Positions 36,726 to 46,396 of a DNA stretch of 64,000 nucleotides are shown in pieces. The stretch's first letter is position 1, and every line of letters begins with the position of its first letter. This DNA is from a virus (lineage: Duplodnaviria > Caudoviricetes). Location: positions 924 through 64,923 of IMG/VR virus record IMGVR_UViG_3300025012_000085, one strand, 5' to 3'. Both the position numbers and the translations under genes were made by a program. Under the pieces are notes generated by a model, which saw only the letters and a list, made by a program, of their open reading frames with translations, did no database searches and was not told where the DNA came from.

Positions 36726-38154
36726 GAATCCATACTTGGACGGAACACCGGATGAATTTATCGAAAAGAATCTTGGATTAGCTCGACATATTGCTTGGAA
36801 ATACGTTAAATCTCGTAAAGATCGTGACCCTGATGATATCCTGAGTGTCGCCAATCTTGGGCTAGTTAAGGCATATCAAGGATTTAATCCAGAGGGAAGA
36901 ACTGGTCAAGATGGCAAAGAGATTACATTTGCGGCATACGCAGGGAGTACAATTCACGGATTCATCATGACATTCCTTCGCGTTGACCGTCCTATCCACC
37001 TCGGGAGAAGAGCTATTGACCTAATCGCTAAGCTAAATTCCGCAGGATTAATCGGGAATGAAACCATTGAGGAAATTGCAATAAAAGCAGGGATTAGCAC
37101 CAAAGAAGCCACTGAGGCGGTTATGGCAAGTGTTGCGGTTAACACCGATAGCATGGATCGTGAAATAGTCACAGAGGATGGAAATATTACCCTTGGGGAT
37201 ATGTTTGGAAAATGTGACGAGATAAACGAAAGTCAGGAAATAGTTGATGATTTTGTTACACAATTACCACCTAAACTTAAAGAAATATACAGACTACGCA
37301 TAGTTGGAGAAAAAACGCAAAGAGAAATAGCGGATATCATGGGACTTAGTCAATCGTATATCACTAGGCTTGAAGAAAAACTAATGAAAACAGCGCGTCA
37401 ATATGGAGATGTGCAAAAAAGATTGGAGGATGAAGCTATGGGAAGAGAAATATCACCTGAGACAAAACTAATGCGCGAGGAAATTGATACCTTCGCTAAA
37501 TTTGGCGTAATCGGAACTTATGAGGATGTCGCGAATAAGTATGGAGTCGGAAAAAGCACGGCCTATGCTTGGATGAAAAAACTTATGAGTGAAGGGGAGG
37601 TGAAGAGGGTGGAGGCAGTTACTGAGGTAAAAGAAATGAAGATGGAAGAGACGACTTTTTTCGAAATACCCAATACACCGGAGAGCTATCAAGCGATAAA
37701 TGAGGCCGTAGGGGTCACAGAAGGGGTTGTCTTGCCGTTGAAGGTTGAGGGGGTGGAGGAATGTATTGAGGAGGTGAAAGTCGAGCCGGAAAGGGGATAT
37801 ACAGATTGCTTTGGACAATACGATGCTTCCTGCGAATTAACTCCTTGCGGAAGAATTAGTGAATGTAGTTTTGTTAAGGAAAATCCTATTAAGGAAACCA
37901 AGGATGATCTCGAAGGATTGGCGGAACCGGAACCGAAGTGGACTCCTGGGTATGCAGGACGTATACCGAGAAGGATGAGCGACGAAGAAGAGAGAAAATT
38001 ATTAGATGCAATTACAGGTTTAGATACCGAAGAATTGGATGAAGAATTATGGATAACGGTTACTGATGACCTCAAGGGGTTACGCGAACGAATGATTAGG
38101 CGAGCTGAAATTAAGTTTAATGAGAGAATTAATCAAATTTTGGGAGGAAAATAA
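36694..38154 (+). CDS. SigF/SigG/SigB-like sigma factor with long C-terminal extension
   Basis: NLGLARHIA...DDILSVANLGLVKA...F..YA...I.G.I...LR; region 4 KTQREIADIMGLSQSYITRLE. Confidence 0.85.
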   Translation: MRGLRGYVMDRNPYLDGTPDEFIEKNLGLARHIAWKYVKSRKDRDPDDILSVANLGLVKAYQGFNPEGRTGQDGKEITFAAYAGSTIHGFIMTFLRVDRPIHLGRRAIDLIAKLNSAGLIGNETIEEIAIKAGISTKEATEAVMASVAVNTDSMDREIVTEDGNITLGDMFGKCDEINESQEIVDDFVTQLPPKLKEIYRLRIVGEKTQREIADIMGLSQSYITRLEEKLMKTARQYGDVQKRLEDEAMGREISPETKLMREEIDTFAKFGVIGTYEDVANKYGVGKSTAYAWMKKLMSEGEVKRVEAVTEVKEMKMEETTFFEIPNTPESYQAINEAVGVTEGVVLPLKVEGVEECIEEVKVEPERGYTDCFGQYDASCELTPCGRISECSFVKENPIKETKDDLEGLAEPEPKWTPGYAGRIPRRMSDEEERKLLDAITGLDTEELDEELWITVTDDLKGLRERMIRRAEIKFNERINQILGGK

Positions 38155-38312
38155 GATGTTGAATGAGTGCGGAACCTGCTGCCATTGGATGATAAAAAGA
38201 GTTTGTCCGAGAGAAGCCAAAGGAATTATGGTACATGCAGGTATGCCAGCTTGCGATAAATATTCTGAGCAAGCTTGGTTTACGAAATTAAAACTAGAAA
38301 GAGGAATGAAAA

Positions 38313-38732
38313 ATGTATAACAAGGTAGTAGTTGTGGGCCGGCTGACTAAATCGCCTGAGTTAAGGTATACGACAAATGGAAATGCGACATGCAATTTTA
38401 CTTTAGCGTGCGACCGACAAATGAAGGGTGCAGATGGAAATAAGGAGGTTGACTTCCTGAATGTCTCAGTCCCTCCATTCCGAGGTAAGCTGGCTGAGTT
38501 GTGCGCGGAATACCTAGATAAGGGAAAATTGGCATTAGTGGACGGTGCTATGCAGGTTAGAAATTATACCGACAACGATGGTAAAAAACACTACATTACC
38601 GAGATTTGCGCGGAAAGCGTGAGGTTCTTGAGTCCCAAGGGTGAGCAATCAAACAATAACAACGCAACAAGTGGAAATCCTTCATACGGCACAGAGGTTA
38701 GTATGGACGATGGGGATTCTATCCCGTTCTGA
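38313..38732 (+). CDS. ssb: single-stranded DNA-binding protein
   Basis: NKVVVVGRLTKSPELRYT...; acidic tail ending IPF. Confidence 0.95.
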   Translation: MYNKVVVVGRLTKSPELRYTTNGNATCNFTLACDRQMKGADGNKEVDFLNVSVPPFRGKLAELCAEYLDKGKLALVDGAMQVRNYTDNDGKKHYITEICAESVRFLSPKGEQSNNNNATSGNPSYGTEVSMDDGDSIPF

Positions 38733-38789
38733 TCTAACGAAATAGGGGTGCGCGAAATGTCCACCCCTTAAAAAGAGGAGGAAGCTGGA

Positions 38790-39254
38790 ATGAGTGGAAG
38801 AGAGATTAAGTTCCGTGGTAAGCGAATTGATAACGGCGAGTGGATTTATGGGAGCTACCTACATCAGTATTATTCGATTAAAAATCAAGGACTTATTGAC
38901 GCGATTGCCTACACGGATAGAAATCAGACGTTTCGACCTCAAATAGACCCTAGGGCAGTCAGTCAATTCATTGGCCTACGCGACAACAAGCGAACCGAGG
39001 AATATCCAGAGGGACAGGAAGTATACGAGGGAGATATTTTCCGGCATCAGTTCAGCGACAAGATTCGTGGCATCGTAAAGTTTGGCGAATACCAGAACCC
39101 CAACGACGATGGGCATGGCGGCCATGTTGGTTTTTATGTTGACTGGAAAGGGGATAACGGATTGTACCGGAAGGATTTAGCTTATTGGGTGAAAGTGTCG
39201 CGTGTGATCGGTAATATTTATGAGAATCATGAGCTTATGGGTGGTAAGGGATGA
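38790..39254 (+). CDS. YopX-family protein
   Basis: REIKFRG...QFIGLRD...YEGDI...VIGNIYEN. Confidence 0.9.
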   Translation: MSGREIKFRGKRIDNGEWIYGSYLHQYYSIKNQGLIDAIAYTDRNQTFRPQIDPRAVSQFIGLRDNKRTEEYPEGQEVYEGDIFRHQFSDKIRGIVKFGEYQNPNDDGHGGHVGFYVDWKGDNGLYRKDLAYWVKVSRVIGNIYENHELMGGKG

Positions 39255-39628
39255 TATTAACTATCCCCGGTCGCCCAATACCTGCTGTTCGCATGACTCA
39301 GAAAACCAAGTGGAATAAAGCGTCCAAGAGGTATCTTTCTTACAAGGATGCAATCGGTGATATCGCAAGGTTACATTGCAGGGAACCGACGGACAAGCAG
39401 GTTAGCGTAAGGGTGATAGTATATTTGTCGGGCAAGAAAACACCAATGGGGATACAGGGCGATTCGGATAACTACGCTAAGTCTGCACTTGATGGTTGTA
39501 ATAAAATTGCGTATATAGATGACCGTCAGGTTTTTGAGTTATATGTGCGTAAAATACCATGCCAAAGCGATGAAGAAAGAATGGAAATCGAAATAAACGA
39601 AGTGGAAAACTGGACATTAATATTGTAA
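39251..39628 (+). CDS. rusA: RusA Holliday junction resolvase
   Basis: GDSDNYAKSALDG...Y.DDRQV. Confidence 0.9.
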   Translation: MILTIPGRPIPAVRMTQKTKWNKASKRYLSYKDAIGDIARLHCREPTDKQVSVRVIVYLSGKKTPMGIQGDSDNYAKSALDGCNKIAYIDDRQVFELYVRKIPCQSDEERMEIEINEVENWTLIL

Positions 39629-39676
39629 TTTGAAGTTTAACCATAACTACAAGCGTTTTAATTTAAAGTTAAAAAG

Positions 39677-40330
39677 GTGGTAAATGAAATGAAAATTAAG
39701 TGCATCAAAGATGTTGTGATGAGTAGTGGCGATATCGTATTTACGAAAGGTAACGTATATGCTACTTACTATAATATATATGGATTGTGTGCAACAAATG
39801 ACCTAGGGATCAGGGATCATGCTATCAAAAACGATAATCTAGAATCATTTTACGTAGAACATTTTAGCGGGGATTTAGGTAAAATCGTATCTAGCACAAT
39901 CCCAACAAAACTAATGCACACCAATGACCCCATATTCCTACCGTACCGCAAACACGTTAATGATGCAGGGGCAGACCTGCGAGCGCGGATAGACTCTTCA
40001 ATACGGTTACATTCGGGGCAGATCACGAAGATACCAACGGGCATTGCAATCTCCATACCCGAAGGCTATGTTGGGATAATACAGCCAAGAAGTGGAGCAT
40101 CATCGGAGGGTAAGCTTGTTATTACTGGAACCATAGATTCGGGGTATGTCGGTGAAATGTCGATGAGCGTGTTTAACCCGGTGGATAGTAATTATGTGGT
40201 GATCCAAGCAAAAGAGAGAATTGCTCAACTGGTAGTAGTGCCATATTTGCAGGCTGAGTTTGTGCAGGTGGATGAGTTGGGAAAGGGCGACCGGGGAACC
40301 GAGGGGTTTGGAAGTACGGGGAGGGAATGA
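39677..40330 (+). CDS. dut: trimeric dUTPase with extra N-terminal domain
   Basis: DAGADL, PRSG, GTIDSGYVGE, RIAQLV, RGTEGFGSTG. Confidence 0.92.
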   Translation: MVNEMKIKCIKDVVMSSGDIVFTKGNVYATYYNIYGLCATNDLGIRDHAIKNDNLESFYVEHFSGDLGKIVSSTIPTKLMHTNDPIFLPYRKHVNDAGADLRARIDSSIRLHSGQITKIPTGIAISIPEGYVGIIQPRSGASSEGKLVITGTIDSGYVGEMSMSVFNPVDSNYVVIQAKERIAQLVVVPYLQAEFVQVDELGKGDRGTEGFGSTGRE

Positions 40331-40574
40331 GTCTAAGCATTGAAACTATCCGAACCTGGCTGAAGATCCTAAATGAAAAGTATCTAGCACTTGCTAATGT
40401 GAATGATCAAAAGAAGAACGAGGAAAAGATTAAATGATAAGAGAAATGCGAAACAACTTAAGTATTATCCTAATCGTACTAAGTGTTGGACTGTGGGCTA
40501 CTAATAATTTTACTGATGCCATATTCGCCGGGGTAATGGCGTTGTGCGTTAGAGAAGAGAGAGGGGAATAAGAA

Positions 40575-40997
40575 GTGAATATCTACGAAATACGAAAAGC
40601 AGGACGCGAATACTGCCAAACCGAGGGTTCTGAACATTACAAAGCGGTGGACAAGCTGGAGCCTATTGACCTTATTATCGCCAAAGGGCTTGCAGAGGAT
40701 TTTTGCCTTGCGAATATCATCAAGTATGCGAGCAGGTTTAAGCAGACACAGAACTTAGAGGACTTGAAAAAGGTTAGCGATTACAGCCATATTTTGTGCG
40801 GGGTTAAGTTGGATGAATCGCACGGAATAGAGGCCCCCGATCCGCAGAGGGTAAAATGCAATGGAGGATATTGCTCCAGCTCATCGGTAATAACTGTTCA
40901 GGATGTTATTGATTGCCAGAGAGAATCAACAATGAGGGGTATTGAGTGGGCTTCGTTTTGCCCGAACAGAACAGTGAATCAGAGGAGGTTATGTTAA
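40575..40997 (+). CDS. DUF3310-like protein
   Basis: HY....EPID.I......FCLANIIKY.SR......EDLKK. Confidence 0.7.
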   Translation: MNIYEIRKAGREYCQTEGSEHYKAVDKLEPIDLIIAKGLAEDFCLANIIKYASRFKQTQNLEDLKKVSDYSHILCGVKLDESHGIEAPDPQRVKCNGGYCSSSSVITVQDVIDCQRESTMRGIEWASFCPNRTVNQRRLC

Positions 40998-41255
40998 ATG
41001 CAAATAACTAAAATTCGCGCCAAACTGGACAAGCGATATAACACGGATTTAACGGTAAAGCTGGTTGATATGGGGTTTACTCCTACGACTTATCATAGGC
41101 TGAGACGCGCAGGAATAGGGGTTGTGGGGGATTTAGTTAGTATGTCGTGGAGGGAACTTTCTGGGCGCAGGAATGTAACGAGGGCCACCTGTCAAGAGGT
41201 CAGCGATAAGTTGGATGATATGGGGTTGGGGTTGAGGAAGGAAGGGGTTAAATGA
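40998..41255 (+). CDS. RNA polymerase alpha-CTD-like protein
   Basis: TYHRLRRAGI..V.DL.......L...RN......EV..KL..MGLGLRKE matches the RpoA CTD. Confidence 0.8.
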   Translation: MQITKIRAKLDKRYNTDLTVKLVDMGFTPTTYHRLRRAGIGVVGDLVSMSWRELSGRRNVTRATCQEVSDKLDDMGLGLRKEGVK

Positions 41256-41554
41256 TTTACGAAAACGATAAGCAGATAACCGCTGTGTTAGGAGAAGGGG
41301 ACATCGCATTAGGAGTTTCCATGGGTGATGGGAATCCGTACGGAATATCTATTCAACAGTTAAATGAAAAACATGAAATTAACTCTGACTTAGGAACAGA
41401 CGACATAAAGGAGGGCGTTAAGTGGATAAATATCCTGTTTGCGAATAAGGGAGGAATTGAATCATTGGTCAGGGCACTAGAAAGATTTGCGAAGGCTGTT
41501 TCCGATAAACGACAGGAGGAAAACTATGAACCTAAAACTACGCCTAAAGTTTAG
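41252..41554 (+). CDS. hypothetical protein
   Basis: Coupled ORF. Confidence 0.5.
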   Translation: MIYENDKQITAVLGEGDIALGVSMGDGNPYGISIQQLNEKHEINSDLGTDDIKEGVKWINILFANKGGIESLVRALERFAKAVSDKRQEENYEPKTTPKV

Positions 41555-41666
41555 CGACATTCTGAAGCTGATATTCGGTGCCGATGTGATGGTATTGGAC
41601 CCGTACTCAGGCAGTATCTACAGGGTGCAAAAGGGTGAGGATACTTATATTTGTAAGGGGTGAAAA

Positions 41667-42137
41667 ATGATAAAAGGATTTATCCTTTACAGGATATTTT
41701 ACGAATCTCAGATGGTATATCTCGGAAGAACAAAACAATCGTTACAGGATCGCATTCGTGGGCATATCTTTAAGCGTCCCATGCACAGAGACATTGACAT
41801 AAATTTTGTGACCAAAATTGAGTATGCCGAATTCAAAACGGAAGCCGATATGGATGTTTATGAAATTTACTTTATAAACGAATTTAAGCCAACCTTAAAC
41901 CGAGATGATAAGGCACAAGATAAATTAAGCTTTTCATTACCGTGCGTAGAGTGGAGGCCATTTGATACTCATCTATGGGGCAAGTGGAAAGAAAAGATTA
42001 ACGCTGATATTGCCAAAGAAGAAATGAAGCATAAGGCGAAAATTGAGAATAGCAATCAACGTCGAATTATGCGCGGTAAATGGCATAGTGGGGAAATTAG
42101 CGAGAAGGAATACTATGAGTTTTTAGAGAGGGGATAA
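41667..42137 (+). CDS. GIY-YIG nuclease-domain protein
   Basis: LYRIFY....VYLGRT...L..R...H...YEIYFIN.FKP.LN. Confidence 0.75.
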   Translation: MIKGFILYRIFYESQMVYLGRTKQSLQDRIRGHIFKRPMHRDIDINFVTKIEYAEFKTEADMDVYEIYFINEFKPTLNRDDKAQDKLSFSLPCVEWRPFDTHLWGKWKEKINADIAKEEMKHKAKIENSNQRRIMRGKWHSGEISEKEYYEFLERG

Positions 42138-42141
42138 AATA

Positions 42142-42546
42142 ATGACAATACAGGAATTTGCGAAGATGCTGGATGGTCGGGAAATGGGCAATGAAACAAC
42201 AGGAGAAGAAAGAAAACAAGCTAGGGAGCTAGGATTCGTCATAGTATTTGGGTATTCGGACGACAACGCAATGTTTCAGGGGGCCATAAGTGATACTGTA
42301 GGTTGCCCCGATGGAGACGTAATCTATGTCAACGAAGAAGGGGTATTCCGCGAGTGTGATTGTGGATGCAAGTATTCCGGCAAGGAAAAGGATAAGTGCA
42401 AAACGATTGAAGCAGTTTGGCATAACGAAGGTGAATATTGCTGGAGTTATGAAGCAGATATTCCATACGCCGTATTCAATATCATGGAAGATGGAACGGG
42501 TTACTGTAAGGGAATTGTGTTCGATATTAAGAGTTTGGGGGAATGA
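42142..42546 (+). CDS. conserved phage protein
   Basis: VIVFGYSDD...F.GAI...W.YE.DIP...F.I.EDG..YC.GIVF. Confidence 0.65.
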   Translation: MTIQEFAKMLDGREMGNETTGEERKQARELGFVIVFGYSDDNAMFQGAISDTVGCPDGDVIYVNEEGVFRECDCGCKYSGKEKDKCKTIEAVWHNEGEYCWSYEADIPYAVFNIMEDGTGYCKGIVFDIKSLGE

Positions 42547-42944
42547 GTATGAATTATCCTACAAGTCCAGAGTTGCTTGAGGAAGTTAATTTTAAGGGCT
42601 ATGAGAATGCAGGTTTATATTTAACGAGGTTCGTTGAAAAAGATTTACCCGTGTTATTTATCGGAAATGCTAACGAAGAAGCGATTTATGTTATCTGTAA
42701 TATTAACCCTGATGATAGTTACAACTTGTGTGAATTTGAATTTGCCATTAAAAATTACAGCGAAAATGAAGGTATGGTAGATTGGTTAGTTGAAAATGGA
42801 TTTGTTAAAATTCCTTATTCCGGATATACAAGTGGATGGGTGAATATCCCGGTGTGCAAGGCAACGGATAAACTAAAGAATCTTATTATTGGAAAGTGTC
42901 ACCAAGGAGGTTTGAACCTTGCAACAAACAGAAAAAAAGCTTAG
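42543..42944 (+). CDS. hypothetical phage protein
   Basis: IKNYSENEGM..WL..NG...SGWV..PV motif. Confidence 0.6.
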   Translation: MSMNYPTSPELLEEVNFKGYENAGLYLTRFVEKDLPVLFIGNANEEAIYVICNINPDDSYNLCEFEFAIKNYSENEGMVDWLVENGFVKIPYSGYTSGWVNIPVCKATDKLKNLIIGKCHQGGLNLATNRKKA

Positions 42945-43368
42945 ACATCCTCTGTATTATTACGCTGTGATAGCTCGCCTAACGCGCTACAAGCCCAATC
43001 AGGACAGGATAGCGTACTTGCTTAGGGAACTATCCATGATGGGAGTTAAGACAACGCAGGTGTGTAGTGACATGCCGCATGGGAGTGGTACGTCGGATAG
43101 TACAGGGGATTTAGCATCTAGGATATCTGACCGCAAAAGGGAGCTTGTGCAGTTACAAAATGAGGTTGAGTTGATTGATTTAGCGGTTGGATTATTAGGA
43201 GAAGCAAAGAAGCTCATAATAGACGTAAAGTATTTGCAGGAAAACAAGGATGATTATACCCAAAGGGTGCTACAAAAGAACCATGGGTTAAGGAGTAGGG
43301 ACAGTTATTATCGCCTGAAGGATGAGGCTGTAGGGGAATTAGCCAAGACGATGGGAGAGAAGTGTTAA
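42919..43368 (+). CDS. RinA/ArpU-family late transcription activator
   Basis: SDMPHGSG..D...coiled coil...II..KY...YYRLK.EA; last early gene before packaging. Confidence 0.75.
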   Translation: MQQTEKKLRHPLYYYAVIARLTRYKPNQDRIAYLLRELSMMGVKTTQVCSDMPHGSGTSDSTGDLASRISDRKRELVQLQNEVELIDLAVGLLGEAKKLIIDVKYLQENKDDYTQRVLQKNHGLRSRDSYYRLKDEAVGELAKTMGEKC

Positions 43369-43881
43369 AATGGATAGCGGATGGATTATAAATTTTAAAA
43401 ATGGGACAAGGATTATCCTTACTGAAAATAGTTACAAGAGATACGAAAATGAAACGCCTAAGGAAGATGTAGTAAGTGAGGAACACTGGTTTAGTTTAGA
43501 CGGGGCAATAAGTAAAAATCCAGAACTAGACCTTATCGAATAACTAATAGTACAAATATCAAACAATATTCATAACTAAAACCATTGGAATAGTACGGAT
43601 TAAGATGTTACACTCTAAGGGACAAAATAACTACAATCATAAATAAAGACGCGCATGGCTTAATTATAGCCTTGACGCGTCTTTTCTAATTTTTAGGGGG
43701 TGTAATATGGGATGCAAATATTGCGCTCGCCAAAAGACTTGTTGGCAGAGGGATAAGCCACCGAAGGATTGTGCAAGGTTTGAGAGATTCGAGGATTCGA
43801 AAAGGTTTGATGTGCTTGATAAGGCGATGAGGCACAACAAAGGGGTTTGGATTGCGCCGGGGTAAAAAGGGGGCCCTATTG

Positions 43882-44166
43882 CTAGGACTCCACGATATTA
43901 AACAGATAACCGGATAAAACTTCTTTTATTTCTTGCAGCTTGGATAATACCTTATCCCCATCCATCCAAGAATCATCACTGTAGTAGGAATTGACAGAGT
44001 AAATCTTGTGTACGTTTTGGGTATGCTCCTCTGATTTTGATGGGAATACTCTGACGTCTATCGACTTGACATGGCCGGAGAAGTCAACGAACGTACATAG
44101 TTCGGTGTTTTCGTTGACCAGGATAGCTAGAGACATGATCTCCATTACGAGTTTGTAGTTTTTCAT
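43882..44166 (-). CDS. hypothetical protein
   Basis: RBS ggag; FVDFSGHV motif; opposite strand. Confidence 0.6.
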   Translation of the reverse strand: MKNYKLVMEIMSLAILVNENTELCTFVDFSGHVKSIDVRVFPSKSEEHTQNVHKIYSVNSYYSDDSWMDGDKVLSKLQEIKEVLSGYLFNIVES

Positions 44167-44249
44167 TCTCCAAGCACATCCTCCGGATCAACTACACTGT
44201 ACAGTGTATCGTATGGCTTAAATGGATTGGATATTAAGGAGGTGTACTG

Positions 44250-44792
44250 ATGGTGGCAGAAGTAGTGGAGAAGAAGAATGTTGGAGGTAGACCTCTGAAG
44301 TATACTCCTGATGATTTTAGCAAGAGGATAAATAGATACTTTAATTCTATTAGCTACTATGAGGATGTACTGAATGATGCTGGGGAACCTGCAATAGATA
44401 TAGATGGAGAAAAGATAATTAAGGTTGTCTACGCTGCTCCTCCTAGTATCCTGGGAATGTGTTTGTTTATTGGGATAAGCAGAGAAACATTGTTGGAATA
44501 TAGTAATAGAGAGCAGTTCGCGGACACCATAAAAGAGGCCAAGGCAAAAGTGGAGCAATATCTCGCCGATCAACTCAATAGGACAACGCAGGTTGCTGGC
44601 ATTATCTTTAACCTAAAAAACAACTTTGGCTGGAAAGATGTCCAAACAGTCGAAAACACTGGCCCAAATGGCGGCCCTCTACTCATCCAGGCTGTCTCTG
44701 CCTACTCTGACGAGGATTTACGACTTATGGCAGAGATTATGGAGAGGGCACAGATCCAGGGTGAGGTAGTCGATATTGAGGCTGAGGATTAA
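44250..44792 (+). CDS. terS: terminase small subunit
   Basis: GRPLKYTP...P.I.G.C..IGISRETL..Y...IFNLKNNFGWKD...GPNGGPL. Confidence 0.85.
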   Translation: MVAEVVEKKNVGGRPLKYTPDDFSKRINRYFNSISYYEDVLNDAGEPAIDIDGEKIIKVVYAAPPSILGMCLFIGISRETLLEYSNREQFADTIKEAKAKVEQYLADQLNRTTQVAGIIFNLKNNFGWKDVQTVENTGPNGGPLLIQAVSAYSDEDLRLMAEIMERAQIQGEVVDIEAED

Positions 44793-45823
44793 CATATTAT
44801 GTATGCTATTCTCAATTAGAGTGGCATCCTAAATGATAATGAAATCACTGATAATGAGTAAATCGCTGAAACCATTGGGAGAGTAGGGATGTAGGGTTTT
44901 GGCGAATGTGTCACAAAGTGAATGAGTATCATTATAATGTGCTAATATGGTTTGTGGCGTAGTGCTGATAGCTTGCCGGGTGATGGCTGTTGTCTTGGCT
45001 GGCTGGCATCGGCTGTGCTGTGCTACTTTGGCTTATGCTCTTTCTCTGCTGTCTGGCTCTGATGTGACATGGTTGCTGTGCTGATCCGGGTAGTGATGGG
45101 GATGCTGAATATTGAGATTTCGACCCTCCCCCTGGGCACGAGCTGTGAGCCGGGTAAAGGGGTGATCTGTGTATATATCTCTATAGCTAACTAAACATGA
45201 TTTACATGCGATTTACTTACAGTCTGTCGCCTACAAAGGTTTCGACTACTGTACCCGTAAGCAGTGGCTATCTTCATGATGTGCGATGTCCGAGAATACC
45301 TCCACCCCCTCGTCAGAGGTGGCACGAGATAGGGCTTGGTGGAAGTACCGGGGTATATACTACATATCCTCAATAGACAGCTAAGTATTCTACAAAAAAA
45401 ATAAAAATAAAAAATTACAAAAAATAAAAAACTTTCCGCGAAAGGAGTCTTGATGATGGATGAAGACATTAGGGAATTCATAACCTCATTATCCTCAGCA
45501 TTTGAAAGAGCTACTACAACATATCAAGTTGGAATTGGAGAATGTTATGTTATGACAAAAGAATTCAGAGATAAGTTAATAGCAGATACAGAAGAGCTTC
45601 TAACTCGTTCATAGCCCCCTGTACCCCAAATAACTCACTAGGTACTTAAATAAAACTACCCACCCCTTATATATGTTATGAGGGGTTTTTGGCGTTGCGT
45701 TAATGTAGAACGAAACAAAGCTAGAACGTATATATAAACGAATTACATGCAAAAAACCCTACACGCTTAGGGAGAGTAAGGCTGAGTGCCATTTTTACAA
45801 CGTGTCGTTTCGACACCTAAGTA

Positions 45824-46396
45824 ATGCCCATTGAAAGGGCTTTTGAGGTGGTTAATATGGATAAAAAGATAGTTGATTTTTACAATGAAACGTCTGATAT
45901 TTTACCCCTTCCTCCCGGTTCGTATCTTATTCGTGAGAAGTCGCCAAATGGAACAAACTTTATGACATTGAAGATGCCTAATGGTGAAGAAGAACTTGTG
46001 GTTGATAGTTGGTGGAGTAAACTCAATAAACCTGCCAAAAAAGATAAAGACCCTCCGAAGCACACCGGAGGGAAGAAACCTTATATCATGCTCATGGTTG
46101 AAGAGATTGAGAAGCTGAAGAAGGGTGGAGTTAAGAATGTCGAGGAATTGGCAGGGTACTTAGTTTCTTTGGGTAAATACGTTGAGTGGAACACAGGGAG
46201 ATTAATTCAGACGCGAAATAAGAATCCCCTGAATTATAAAGAGCTTCAAGCAATATTTGGATGTGGCAATAAGAAATTAAACCGCCTATTGGGTGACATG
46301 AAGGAACACGAACTCCTTTATTCAACTGATGGCGGTTATGTTATTTCATCGCGTTTAATTAAAAAAGGAAAAATGAATGAAGTGGGGGACAATTGA
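45824..46396 (+). CDS. RepL-like winged-helix protein
   Basis: YVEWNTG.L......PL..KEL..I.G.....L.R.L..M......YVIS..L.KKG. Confidence 0.5.
   Translation: MPIERAFEVVNMDKKIVDFYNETSDILPLPPGSYLIREKSPNGTNFMTLKMPNGEEELVVDSWWSKLNKPAKKDKDPPKHTGGKKPYIMLMVEEIEKLKKGGVKNVEELAGYLVSLGKYVEWNTGRLIQTRNKNPLNYKELQAIFGCGNKKLNRLLGDMKEHELLYSTDGGYVISSRLIKKGKMNEVGDN

Noticed and set aside
44780-44810. dif-like site (ttatgtatgct arm)
   Set aside because: Only one imperfect arm; no matching XerC-side arm
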